NCBI GenBank assembly: GCA_028284635.1
Contig: JANQRJ010000001.1
Coordinates: 30,624-94,623 of the forward strand
Length of the DNA stretch: 64,000 bases
Origin: Pelagicoccus sp.
GTDB taxonomy: Bacteria; Verrucomicrobiota; Verrucomicrobiia; Opitutales; Opitutaceae
Direction of reading: 5' to 3'
Below the pieces are notes generated by a model. It saw only the letters and a program-made list of their open reading frames with translations. It was not told the origin of the DNA and made no database searches. This document shows positions 24,961 to 34,383 of the stretch, piece after piece. Numbering within the stretch: position 1 is the stretch's first letter; every line of letters begins with the position of its first letter. Both the position numbers and the translations under genes were made by a program.

Positions 24961-27402
24961 CTACAGCTCGAACTTCATTCCTGCGGCGCCGGTCCATTCG
25001 CGGTAGCGGTATCCGTTTGGTCTCGATGGATCGCCCTCGTAGTTGTTGTAGGAAGTCGTGTTCGTGAGGTTTTTGAGATCCACGAAGAGGCGGACCTTGG
25101 GCTTGATGCGGTAGTTGAGATTGAGATCGATTTCAGTGTGAGGCTTGCGGTAGCGGTCCTCGTCGGCGATAGCCGCGATTTCGCGAATGGCGAGGTCTTG
25201 ATAGGATTGCTTCAGCTGGACGAAGAAGCGTTCGCTTTCGTAGGTGAGGGTGAGCTTGAAGATCTGCTCAGGCTTGAAAGCGAGCGGCAGGATTTCCCCA
25301 AGCCTCTCTGGGTATTCGATTTCCGATGACTGGGTGGTGTAGTTTACGTTGAGTCGCAGGCCTTCTGGGATGCCGAAGCCTTTTAGCGATTGCTTCCATG
25401 TGATCGTCGCTCCTCGCGCCGTGGCGTTTGAGCTGTTCTCGTTGCGTTCCAGTTCGAAGCCGTCGTAGATGCCGCCGACTTGGATGCTTTTGCGTTCGAA
25501 TATGAAGTCCTCCACGCTTTGCTCGAACAATTCTATGGAGAGCAGACCTTCGTTCGGCAGTTCGATATCTGCGGAGAGGTCCCAGTTGGCGTAGAGCGTC
25601 GGCCGCAGATCGGGGTTGCCCTCGTCGATAGAGCGGTCCTCGAGATTGACTCGCCGAAAGGGTACGACCGAACGGTAGTTAGGCCGTTTTATGGTGTTCG
25701 TATAAGAGCCGATGAAGGTGATGTTCTCGTTCCAGCGATAGCGGAAGTGAGCGTTGGGAAAGTCGTTGGCATACTTTGATTCGCCACGAGTAGCGTTGGT
25801 TTCGATATATATGGTATCGCCTGTTTCGTCTTCGCCGAGCACGACTTCGTTGCCCACGAAGGTCACAGTGGTCGCTTCGTGTCTCCAGCCGACTAGAGCG
25901 CGGAATTTTTCGCGCTCCCAGTTTATCATTCCGTAGATGGAATCGACTTGTTCTTCGGCTAAGTAGGTATTGGGATCGGACTGCTCGCGGGTGCGGCGCT
26001 CGTTAAGTTCGAAGCCGTCCAGGTCGTTGGCGATAAAGGCGCGGGCCGCGAAGACGTCTGGAAACGTGTCGAAGCTATAGCGGCCTTGGGAATGCTCTGG
26101 GAAGCTCTCCGTCGAAAGAGCGTCTTCGAGGGTGAAGGAGCCGTCGTAGCGATCGTAGATCTTGTCGCCGGAAAACTGGTCTCTCTCCCTGAGCCTGCTT
26201 TTGACCCCCGCCTTTAGGAAGACGTGTTTGCGATCGAAGGGCTCTAGCCATTTCAGGTTGAAGGCGCCGATTGCGTCGCTTTCCTGGACCTGCCAGAGTT
26301 GCGAGTTGACGTCTTCGAATGCAAAAGCCGACGCGTCTTCCAGGTCCTTGCCGTCGGTAGAGGCGAGTACCGGGTAGAGTGGCTCTTCCAGGGTGTAGCG
26401 CAGGTCGACATCCTCTTGTCGGAAGTCGATGACGAAGTAGTCGGGTTCTTCGTAGTCGTCCTCCTTGTACGTGAATTTGAAGTCGAGCTCTATCGATTCG
26501 TTTTGGAAGGCGCCGCCAATAGCGGTTTCCAGTTCGTCGTTCAGCCCTTCCCAGGCTCTGAGGCTACGTTGAACGAGGGAGCCTTCTATCAGGACTTCAT
26601 CTTCGCCGATATTGATATACGTTCCATCGTCGATACGATGCCTTAGCTGTGGAAGTATGGTGAACGAATCGGTATTTTCGTACGAGGCTCTCCAAAAGAA
26701 GGAGAGGGACTCGCTTGCCTTGTAGTCCAAGAAGCCGTTTATCTCGCTCGAGGTCCTTTCTCTTTTGTATACTTCTACGCCGAATGTCTTGAGAACGAAT
26801 TCGGACGCGTCGGCGTAATCGATGGTCTTCCAGTCGTGGAAAACACTCTCATTGCCGTCTACAGTTTCTCGGCGCCTGATCGCAAGGCGACCGCCCCAGG
26901 TGCGAGCTTTGTTGATCGGTCCGCCCATGGAGAAGCGGGAGTCGTATCCGAATTCTTCGAAGAGGGAGTGGTACGACGATTCCACGCTTCCCTGATAGTT
27001 GGGCTGCTCTTGTTCGTAGGCGGGTTTAGAGCGCAGGCTGATGGATCCGCCACGCGAGTCGGCATCCAGGTCGGGCGTGACTGCTTTCAGCACTTCGACT
27101 GAAGCGACCGAATTTGCGGATATGCTGTCCAGGGAGAGATTGGAATCCTCTCCATCTATGGTAACGTTTGAGAAGTCGAGGTCGGGTCGCCTCTGTATGG
27201 CTTCCCCGATTGACGAATCGTCGACCAGGTCGACGGCATCCTTCTCGCTGACGATCGCCTCGCCTTCGCTGGCAGGCGCAGGCGCGCCTGTCTGAGGATC
27301 CGGATCGAAGTCTTGACCGAGTAGGGGAGCGTTGCTTGCGAGAATTAGAAGGATAGATGTTCGTAACCGAAACGGCGCGAAGAAAGTTTTGTAAGGAGTC
27401 AT
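24961..27402 (-). CDS. TonB-dependent outer-membrane receptor
   Basis: Signal peptide, plug remnant (SVEVLKAVTPDLDADSRGGSISL), GNPDLRP, DLKNLTN, C-terminal KFEL. Confidence 0.9.
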   Translation of the reverse strand: MTPYKTFFAPFRLRTSILLILASNAPLLGQDFDPDPQTGAPAPASEGEAIVSEKDAVDLVDDSSIGEAIQRRPDLDFSNVTIDGEDSNLSLDSISANSVASVEVLKAVTPDLDADSRGGSISLRSKPAYEQEQPNYQGSVESSYHSLFEEFGYDSRFSMGGPINKARTWGGRLAIRRRETVDGNESVFHDWKTIDYADASEFVLKTFGVEVYKRERTSSEINGFLDYKASESLSFFWRASYENTDSFTILPQLRHRIDDGTYINIGEDEVLIEGSLVQRSLRAWEGLNDELETAIGGAFQNESIELDFKFTYKEDDYEEPDYFVIDFRQEDVDLRYTLEEPLYPVLASTDGKDLEDASAFAFEDVNSQLWQVQESDAIGAFNLKWLEPFDRKHVFLKAGVKSRLRERDQFSGDKIYDRYDGSFTLEDALSTESFPEHSQGRYSFDTFPDVFAARAFIANDLDGFELNERRTREQSDPNTYLAEEQVDSIYGMINWEREKFRALVGWRHEATTVTFVGNEVVLGEDETGDTIYIETNATRGESKYANDFPNAHFRYRWNENITFIGSYTNTIKRPNYRSVVPFRRVNLEDRSIDEGNPDLRPTLYANWDLSADIELPNEGLLSIELFEQSVEDFIFERKSIQVGGIYDGFELERNENSSNATARGATITWKQSLKGFGIPEGLRLNVNYTTQSSEIEYPERLGEILPLAFKPEQIFKLTLTYESERFFVQLKQSYQDLAIREIAAIADEDRYRKPHTEIDLNLNYRIKPKVRLFVDLKNLTNTTSYNNYEGDPSRPNGYRYREWTGAAGMKFEL

Positions 27403-27436
27403 TGTCTGGATTCGTTGAGAGGAGGTTTGTAGACGC

Positions 27437-27471
27437 AAAAAAAAACCGGAGCTCTGTTCGAGGTCTCCGGT
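27437..27471 (-). terminator. Intrinsic terminator-like hairpin in the 5' leader of the TonB receptor
   Basis: ACCGGAG-N13-CTCCGGT followed by a T9 tract, ending 35 bp before the ATG. Confidence 0.7.
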
Positions 27472-27498
27472 CGGTGGATTAGCCTGGCTGGGCAGAAG

Positions 27499-27570
27499 CT
27501 AGGATTGGCGCGAAAGGAGACGCGGTTTGGCTGAATTGGATCGGGTGATCATGTGTAGAAGATAATTCAT
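27499..27570 (-). CDS. Putative 23-aa leader peptide MNYLLHMITRSNSAKPRLLSRQS
   Basis: Short ATG ORF ending about 28 nt before the terminator hairpin. Confidence 0.3.
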   Translation of the reverse strand: MNYLLHMITRSNSAKPRLLSRQS

Positions 27571-27697
27571 ATCGCGTTTCTCTTTCTGGCTTTGGGTGAA
27601 AGGGGAAGGTTCGACCGATCTAGACGTGAGTCAACGCAAATTTCGATATTATTGAAAGAGTCGGGCACGTCTCGAAGTTATGTGGATTCGATTCAAG

Positions 27698-27761
27698 GAA
27701 GGGCCCGACCGCCGTGGAAGTTAGATCCTGCAACGCGGCCCGCCCGGCGGTCGGGCCCTAC
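27698..27761. repeat. GTAGGGCCCGACCGCC REP doublet (left arm eroded)
   Basis: Homologous to 15351-15423, including the spacer. Confidence 0.8.
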
Positions 27762-27804
27762 CTTATAAATAGGACAATGAGCTGCTTTCTGGACTCACAT
27801 CAAT

Positions 27805-28125
27805 TCAAGCGAGGAGTAGGTCTATGGTCTTTTTGAGTATGGTTATCAGTTCTGGCGCCATAAAACGATATTTGTCTGGGATGTTGAGGATTTCGGGCTT
27901 CTTGTATTGGAGAGCTTTCGGATGTTCGGCTCTGAGGCGTAGCGCGTGTTTGCGTTCCATTACGAAGATCCGGTCGGCCCACATTAGGTCATTGGCAGAC
28001 ACATGGCGTACGGCTCTTTTGCTGGTGCCTCGGGAACGAACCACTAGGCCTGGACGTTTACGGTAGATTGCTTCGGCTGTCGGGCTTCGCCATTGGTTAC
28101 GGCTACAGACGAATAGTAGGTTCAT
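27805..28125 (-). CDS. Low-molecular-weight protein tyrosine phosphatase family protein
   Basis: CSRNQWRS CX5R loop; LMWADRIFVME; LNIPDKY. Confidence 0.88.
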   Translation of the reverse strand: MNLLFVCSRNQWRSPTAEAIYRKRPGLVVRSRGTSKRAVRHVSANDLMWADRIFVMERKHALRLRAEHPKALQYKKPEILNIPDKYRFMAPELITILKKTIDLLLA

Positions 28126-28155
28126 AGGATAGTGGTTCTTCGTCCTCCCTTCTAT

Positions 28156-30069
28156 CTACCCTGCTTCCATGGCTCGGTTGACGCCTTCGTTGCGGAATTG
28201 GTTGGTGTAGAGCTCATAGTAGTGGCCTCGGCGGGCGAGAAGCTCTTGGTGGGTGCCTTGCTCTTCGATTTCGCCTTGCTTGATGACGAGGATCTGGTCG
28301 GCGGAGCGGATAGTGGAGAGTCGATGGGCGATGACGAAACTGATGCGGCCTTCGAAGACGCGCTGCATGCCGTCTTGGATGAGCTTTTCGGTTTCGGTGT
28401 CGATGGAGGAGGTGGCTTCGTCCATGATGAAGATCTGCGGGTCTGCGAGGAGGGCGCGAGCGAATGATATAAGCTGTCGCTCGCCTGTGGAGAGCCGGGC
28501 TCCGCCTTCGCCTATCACCGTGTCGTATCCGTCTTCGAGATTCATGACGAAGTCGTGGGCGTTGACGAGGTTGGCCGCTTCGCGGATTTCCTCTGGAGTT
28601 GCGTCGAGCCGGCCGTAGCGAATGTTTTCCAGGACGGTGCCGTTGAAGAGGTGGGGCGTCTGCAATACGATGCCGAGCTGGCTTTGCAGCCAGGCCAGGC
28701 TGCGTTGCCGATAGTCGATGCCGTCGATGAGCACGCCGCCGCCGGTGGGTTCGTAGAATCTGGATACGAGACTGACTATGGTGCTTTTGCCGCCGCCGCT
28801 GGGGCCGACGAGGGCGATGGTCTGGCCGCGCTTCACCCGGAGGTTGAAGTTCTTCAGGACGGTCTCCTTTTGGTTGTAGGAGAAGGTGACGTCCTTGAAC
28901 TGGATTTCGTCGATGCGGTTCGGGTGGCCGTCGTTCGCCAGCGTGGGCGCTGGCGAGAGGGGGTTAGGCTGCCCTTGCTTCGCCTCTGCGAGGCTGTGCA
29001 GGGTCCTGCGGATAGGTTGTTTAGACTGTAGGGCCTGGTGGTTGGCGATTTTCTCGAGGACTTCAGGGGAGTCGACGATCTCGGGCTTGGTGGCGAGCAG
29101 GCTCATTACGCGCTCGCCGGCCGCCTGGGCTCCTTGGATTTCGGCCAGGATCATCGCGATCTGGTTGATGGGCTGGAAGAGGTTTCCGGCGTAGCTGATG
29201 AAGGCGACTAGGGTGCCCAGGCTGATGGCCTCTTGGAGGAGGTTGACGCCGCCGTACCAGAGGGCGAGGCCGGAGCCGAGGCTGCCTACGAGCATGACAA
29301 GCGGCAGGTAGATGGCGCTGAGAAAGGCGCGGCGCACGGAGGCTTGGTACATGTCGGTGGACATGCCTTCGAATTCGCCGAGGTTCTCGACTTCGCGACC
29401 GAGGGTCTTGGTGGTCTTGACGCCAGCGATGCCCTCGCCGTAGGAGGCGGTGATGCGGGCGTTGTGCTTCCTGATCTGGCGGGAGGTGAAGAGCATCCGG
29501 CGCTGGAAGAAAAGGCTGAGGGCGACTAGGACCGGCAGGGTGGCGAGCACGATGAGAGCCAGTTTCCAGTTGAGGAGGAGCATGGCGACGCTCATGGCGA
29601 GCACGTAGAGGCAGCCCCAAAGCACGTCGAGAAAACCCCAGGCAAGGATGCGGGAGAGGCGGTCGCAGTCGGCGGTTAGTCTGGAGATGAGCCAGCCGGT
29701 GGGCTGCTTGTCGTAGAAGGCGAACTCGAGCTCCTGGAGCCGCTTGAAGCAGTCTCTTTTGATGTCGTGGGCGATGTGGTGGGAGATGCCGCCGGCGCAG
29801 TGGATGAATACGAATACGCAGAAGGCGAGCCCAGCAGAGAGGGAAAGATAGAAGACTCCGACGGGTATCAGATCTTTGATGACGCCGCTGCCTTGGATGA
29901 CGTCGATCGCCCATTTCGTAGCTATGGGGAAGAAGGTGTCGATCACGGCGAGAACCGTGGCGGAAGCCGCGAGTGGGATGAGCAGTCGCTTGTGGCTGAG
30001 GGCGTAACGGAAGATGCGACCCCAGAGATCGAGGTCGATCTTGGATTTGATTTCGTCCTCTTGGATCAT
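28156..30069 (-). CDS. ABC exporter, permease plus ATPase (heterodimer subunit 2)
   Basis: TMD plus GPSGGGKS, LSTGERQ, DEATSSID, AHRLST. Confidence 0.93.
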   Translation of the reverse strand: MIQEDEIKSKIDLDLWGRIFRYALSHKRLLIPLAASATVLAVIDTFFPIATKWAIDVIQGSGVIKDLIPVGVFYLSLSAGLAFCVFVFIHCAGGISHHIAHDIKRDCFKRLQELEFAFYDKQPTGWLISRLTADCDRLSRILAWGFLDVLWGCLYVLAMSVAMLLLNWKLALIVLATLPVLVALSLFFQRRMLFTSRQIRKHNARITASYGEGIAGVKTTKTLGREVENLGEFEGMSTDMYQASVRRAFLSAIYLPLVMLVGSLGSGLALWYGGVNLLQEAISLGTLVAFISYAGNLFQPINQIAMILAEIQGAQAAGERVMSLLATKPEIVDSPEVLEKIANHQALQSKQPIRRTLHSLAEAKQGQPNPLSPAPTLANDGHPNRIDEIQFKDVTFSYNQKETVLKNFNLRVKRGQTIALVGPSGGGKSTIVSLVSRFYEPTGGGVLIDGIDYRQRSLAWLQSQLGIVLQTPHLFNGTVLENIRYGRLDATPEEIREAANLVNAHDFVMNLEDGYDTVIGEGGARLSTGERQLISFARALLADPQIFIMDEATSSIDTETEKLIQDGMQRVFEGRISFVIAHRLSTIRSADQILVIKQGEIEEQGTHQELLARRGHYYELYTNQFRNEGVNRAMEAG

Positions 30070-30075
30070 GGAGAA

Positions 30076-30097
30076 GTGAAAAGTTAAGAGTTAAGAG
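30076..30097. repeat. Solo heptamer-periodic arm (AAGAGTT)n
   Basis: gtgaaaagttaagagttaagag; near-identical to 37727-37758. Confidence 0.6.
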
Positions 30098-30123
30098 CGA
30101 AGAGTTTCTGTCTGCCTAAGCGC

Positions 30124-31977
30124 CTACAGTCTATTTGCCTCCTCTGGTTCCGCCAGAGCGGCTTCGAGTTGGGTTTGGATGTTCCAGAGGCGTTGGTAGA
30201 GGCCTTCCTCCTTGGTGAGGCTTTGGTGAGTGCCGTGCTGGGTGATGCGGCCGCCTTCGAGCACCACGATCTTGTCGGCGTGGGAGAGGGTGGAGAGGCG
30301 GTGGGCTATGACGATGGTGGTCTGCTTGCCGCGGCGGTCTTGCAGAGCCTTGATGATGGCGGACTCGGTCTCGTTGTCCACGGCGCTGAGAGCGTCGTCG
30401 AGCAGGAGGATGGGGGGCTCGCCGAGCAGGGCCCTGGAGATGGCGAGTCGCTGGCGCTGGCCTCCGGAGAGGGTGATGCCGCGTTCGCCGATCTCTGTCT
30501 CATAGCCTTCGGAGAAGTTCTGAATGGTTTCGTGGATACAGGCGACCCTGGCAGCGCGTTCGATGTCGGCTTCGCTCGCGGTGGAGGCGCCGAAGGCGAT
30601 GTTGTGTCGGATGCTGCGCGAGAAGAGGAAGGGCTCTTGCAGGACGACTCCGAACTGGGCCCGCAGGTAGGCCCGGTCGAGCGAACAGATGTCTTGTCCG
30701 TCGAGCTCGATACGACCGGAGTCGCAGTCGTAGAAGCGCAGCAGCAGATGCATGAGGGTGGTCTTGCCTGCTCCGGATGGACCTAGGATGGCGAGGGTCT
30801 CGCCGGGTTCCACCTCCAGGCTTATGTCCTGCAAGGTGGGGGTGTCGGCATGAGAGAAGGTGACGTCTCGTACCGCGATGCGGCCGACGGCGGGCCGGTC
30901 GGGAGTGATCGACACCTCGTCGGCTTGCGTTTCGAAGGGCTGCGTAAGGATTTCGTTGATACGGCCTAGGGCTACGGTGGTCTTTCCGAGGTCGGTAAGG
31001 ATGCGGCCGATCATGCGCACGGGCCAGAGCACGAGGTTGAGCAGGGCGAGAAAGGCGAAGAGGGTGCCCACCGAGATGCTTCCTTGCAGGGCTAGGTAGG
31101 CTCCTGCGAAGAGGGCGGCTCCGATTTGCACGAGGCAAGCGATATCCGAGATGGACCAGAACCAGGACATGAGCCTGATGAGGCGGATGCTTGTCTCGCG
31201 GTACTCGCGGTTTGGGGTGGAGAACTTCTCGATCTCGAAATCGTGGCGGTTGAAGGCCCGCACCACACGGATGCCGGTGATGTTCTCCTGCACGACTGCG
31301 GTGAGACGGCCCTCGGCTTCGTCGACCTCCGTGAAGACGTGCTTGACTTGCTTGATGTAGAAGTAGCTGTAGGCGACGATGAAGGGTATCAGCGCCATGG
31401 ATACGGCAGTCAGGCCCACGTGCAGGGAAAGCATGATGGGCAGAGCGGCTATGACGAGGATGATCGAGCGGCCGATTTCCACGACATGCGCGGCGAGGAA
31501 TATGCGCGTCGTCTCGATATCGGACGTGCAGCGCTGTACGAGATCGCCAGTCTGGGCCTGGTCGAGGTAGCGGTTGCTCAAGCGCTGGATGTGATCGTAG
31601 AGCTGGTCCTTGAGTCGCTTGCATATTCCGTCCGAGGCTTTGGCGGCGGATAGCTTCTGGCTGTAGTTGAAGAGCCCGCCGAGCGCAGCGAAAACAGCCA
31701 TGGCGATGGCGGGGATCCAGAGATTGGCTCGCACGGTTTCCGGTCCGCCGAGGAAGTCTATGATCAGGGTGAGCAGCGGGCTTTGCTCAGTCTTCTCTGA
31801 GGTAAGGACGAAATCTATGGTGGCGCTGCCGATGAGCGGGATGAGAAATTGGAAGAGCGTGGTGAGAAAAAGGGCTCCGGCAGCCCATGCGTACAGGGCG
31901 CGAAATCCGTTGGTGAGGGGCCAGATGAGGGGTAGCCCGGAGCCTTTGGAAGCAGGCGTAGGTTTTTCTTGGAGCAT
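30124..31977 (-). CDS. ABC exporter, permease plus ATPase (heterodimer subunit 1)
   Basis: TMD plus GPSGAGKT, LSGGQRQ, LDDALSAVD (degenerate Walker B), AHRLST. Confidence 0.93.
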   Translation of the reverse strand: MLQEKPTPASKGSGLPLIWPLTNGFRALYAWAAGALFLTTLFQFLIPLIGSATIDFVLTSEKTEQSPLLTLIIDFLGGPETVRANLWIPAIAMAVFAALGGLFNYSQKLSAAKASDGICKRLKDQLYDHIQRLSNRYLDQAQTGDLVQRCTSDIETTRIFLAAHVVEIGRSIILVIAALPIMLSLHVGLTAVSMALIPFIVAYSYFYIKQVKHVFTEVDEAEGRLTAVVQENITGIRVVRAFNRHDFEIEKFSTPNREYRETSIRLIRLMSWFWSISDIACLVQIGAALFAGAYLALQGSISVGTLFAFLALLNLVLWPVRMIGRILTDLGKTTVALGRINEILTQPFETQADEVSITPDRPAVGRIAVRDVTFSHADTPTLQDISLEVEPGETLAILGPSGAGKTTLMHLLLRFYDCDSGRIELDGQDICSLDRAYLRAQFGVVLQEPFLFSRSIRHNIAFGASTASEADIERAARVACIHETIQNFSEGYETEIGERGITLSGGQRQRLAISRALLGEPPILLLDDALSAVDNETESAIIKALQDRRGKQTTIVIAHRLSTLSHADKIVVLEGGRITQHGTHQSLTKEEGLYQRLWNIQTQLEAALAEPEEANRL

Positions 31978-32386
31978 GGGAGAGAAGAGTTTTCGCCTTC
32001 GCATCGGTCTTGGGCGAGTGCGATGGCGTTGCGTGAAAGAGTTTGGATTTCAAGAGTTGGGAGATGGATTTTCGCTGGTTCGAGCGACGAAAAAAGGCCC
32101 GCTGTTAAGCGGGCCATAGGGGGGGGAGGGAAAAATGCTTTGGCCCGCTGGAAAGTTTTCCGAGACGAGCCTTCTTCTTGTCGATCAGTTCCTTGTGAGC
32201 GGCTCGTCCTTTCGAGAAAGGTTAATGGTGTTGTATGCCATCATGAGCGTCATAGAAGCGGTCGATTCAGTTGGTAGTTTGATAGGTCGGTTTCGAAGAA
32301 TGCCTAGCGAACTGGTTCGGGCAAGAAAAAGTTTGGAGAAATTTCGCGGCGGGCTTTGCTGGGGGCTTTCGGAGTTCGTTGCTCGA

Positions 32387-33217
32387 ATGAAACAGGCAGA
32401 CAGATCCTACATAGGCCGCCTTGCTCCCACGCCCACGGGCTTTATGCACTTGGGGCACGCCCGTACCTTTCTTGCTGCCCAGCGACGGGCTGAGGAAGCG
32501 GGAGGACGTTTGTTTATGCGTATCGAGGATCTGGATATGGCGCGTTGCAAGCCGGAGTTCGTGGCGGCCTTGGAGGAGGATCTCGCTTGGGCTGGACTGC
32601 GTTGGGAACCGGAGGTCTTTAGGCAGAGCGAGCGTTTGGAGGCGTTTCGAGCGGCTTGGCGAAAGTTGCGGGATGGAGGGTTCATCTTTCCGTGTTGGTG
32701 TTCGCGCAAGGATGTGGCGGAGGCGGCTCGGGCTCCGCATGCCGAGGGGGGAGAGGCGATCTATCCTGGGACGTGTCGGGAACGGGAGTGGGAGTTTGCG
32801 AGTGAGGCGGAGGCGCTAGAGGTGAATTGGCGGTTTCGGGTGCCGGACGGAGAACGAGTGGGTTTTGTGGACAGACGGCTGGGGGAGCAGGCGTTTGTCG
32901 CGGGACGAGACTTCGGGGATTTCTTGGTGTGGCGTAAAGATGGGATTCCGTCTTACGAGCTGGCGGTGGTGGCGGACGATGTGGCGCAGGGGGTTACCGA
33001 GGTGGTGCGGGGAGAGGACTTGCTGGTTTCGACAGCGAGGCAGTTGTTGATTTACCGGGCTTTGGGGGAGGTGGCACCGGCGTTTTTCCATTGTCCTTTA
33101 GTTTTGGATACGGATGGGCGGCGGCTGGCCAAAAGGGACAAGGCAATGGGGTTGAGAGAGCTGAGGGCGAGCGGAGTGGATCCTGCGAGGCTGGAGGAGA
33201 TGGGTAGGATCGAATAG
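32387..33217 (+). CDS. gluQ: tRNA glutamyl-Q(34) synthetase GluQRS
   Basis: GRLAPTPTGFMHLGH, RIEDLD, CWCSRKD, YPGTCR, VVRGEDL, RLAKRD; no anticodon-binding domain. Confidence 0.88.
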   Translation: MKQADRSYIGRLAPTPTGFMHLGHARTFLAAQRRAEEAGGRLFMRIEDLDMARCKPEFVAALEEDLAWAGLRWEPEVFRQSERLEAFRAAWRKLRDGGFIFPCWCSRKDVAEAARAPHAEGGEAIYPGTCREREWEFASEAEALEVNWRFRVPDGERVGFVDRRLGEQAFVAGRDFGDFLVWRKDGIPSYELAVVADDVAQGVTEVVRGEDLLVSTARQLLIYRALGEVAPAFFHCPLVLDTDGRRLAKRDKAMGLRELRASGVDPARLEEMGRIE

Positions 33218-33226
33218 CGATTGTTT

Positions 33227-33376
33227 GCCCGCAGATTGCGCAGATCTTCACAGATGGGCTTCGTTATTCGCGTTCTCACGAACGCGACTACACGGAGACA
33301 CAGCGAGTAGCTTCCGTCATTTTCATTCGCGCTCGCTTCGATCAGTACCGCAAATCGAAAGGCGACACTTTCGTTA
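33227..33376. repeat. Mosaic of repeat fragments
   Basis: Solo CAGAT arm (33227-33255), single GTAGYCGCGTTCGTGAGAACGCG REP (33269-33291), and gcgacactttcgtt matching the flank near 10566-10579. Confidence 0.7.
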
Positions 33377-33410
33377 AAACACACCCTCATTTCCTGGTTG
33401 GGCGATTGGA

Positions 33411-33896
33411 TTATTGAGTTCCTTTATCGCCTGACTTTATATCGTTTCTCTTCTCGACTATATGCTTGCCGTTGTAACTTCGAATCAGCCTGTACAGATA
33501 TAGCGGAAAGAAAAAGCCGTAGTTGAGAAGCCATGACAGGATAAATCCGGTCCAGCGAAGAGGCGTTAGTTTCACGCTGCCATCGACTCCGGAGCGGAAA
33601 AGCCAGCCGGTCCAGTAGATCTTCAAATAGGGCATGTACGGCGTATAGTGCCCTGTCGGGCATCCGCATTTTTCGCATATCCAGATTGGGGCTGATTCTG
33701 GATGCACGCAGTTCACGCATAGGGGATAGCGATCTGAGAAAATCTCTTCAATTTCTTCCGGTTCGAGGACTGATTCCCAAGGGGAGTGAAGTTGGTTTTG
33801 GGCAGCTTTTTTGCGTTCGTCAGTAAAGAGCTCGTCGTTGGCCCTCCAGGCTGTCCAAACTACGAGAATCACAGCGACTATGAAAAGGACGAGCAT
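33411..33896 (-). CDS. Hypothetical membrane protein with two CxxC motifs
   Basis: N-terminal TM helix, CVNC...CEKC, C-terminal hydrophobic segment; lower GC; follows ybeY directly. Confidence 0.6.
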   Translation of the reverse strand: MLVLFIVAVILVVWTAWRANDELFTDERKKAAQNQLHSPWESVLEPEEIEEIFSDRYPLCVNCVHPESAPIWICEKCGCPTGHYTPYMPYLKIYWTGWLFRSGVDGSVKLTPLRWTGFILSWLLNYGFFFPLYLYRLIRSYNGKHIVEKRNDIKSGDKGTQ

Positions 33897-33906
33897 GGTC
33901 TTTTCT

Positions 33907-34383
33907 CTACGCAAAGCGGAAGCTTGGCAGCGCGGCTGCGGTGCGGACGATTTGCAGGGCCTGCTGCTCGGCTTGGCGCATTTGGGCGCGGTCGGATTCT
34001 TCGATGTCGTCGAAGCCGCAGAGGTGGAGGTATCCGTGGATCAGATACAGGGCGAGTTCTGGAGAAAATTCCTGACCTTGCTTCAGGGCGTAGTCGCGGG
34101 CGACTTGGGGGCAGACGCAGATCTCGCCGGCTAGTTCCAGTTCGGGGTCGCCAGGGAAGGTGATGACATCAGTGGGCGTGGGGTCTCCCATGAACTGGTC
34201 GTGCAGGCGGGCGATCTCCTCTTGATCGACGAAGGCGATGGAGAGTTCGCCGACGGGGGGATCGAAGGAGCCGTCGCGGTCAAGGACCTGGATGAGGCGC
34301 TGGATTTCGGCTTCGCTGTAGTCCAATTCTGGACACAGGCTATTTACCAACGTTAGCCTCAACGCGTTCGGCTGGCTTTTCAT
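33907..34383 (-). CDS. ybeY: rRNA maturation endoribonuclease YbeY
   Basis: PTDVITF, GEICVC, IHGYLHLCGFDD. Confidence 0.93.
   Translation of the reverse strand: MKSQPNALRLTLVNSLCPELDYSEAEIQRLIQVLDRDGSFDPPVGELSIAFVDQEEIARLHDQFMGDPTPTDVITFPGDPELELAGEICVCPQVARDYALKQGQEFSPELALYLIHGYLHLCGFDDIEESDRAQMRQAEQQALQIVRTAAALPSFRFA

Noticed and set aside
28940-29060. Apparently long TMD-NBD linker in the second ABC subunit, a possible in-frame repeat insertion
   Set aside because: It could not be matched to any repeat family in the window, and linker length varies naturally
33052-33390. 112-aa ORF antisense to the gluQ 3' end
   Set aside because: Its sequence is a translation of repeat fragments (e.g. 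ICEDLRNLR from the CAGAT arm), with no coding evidence
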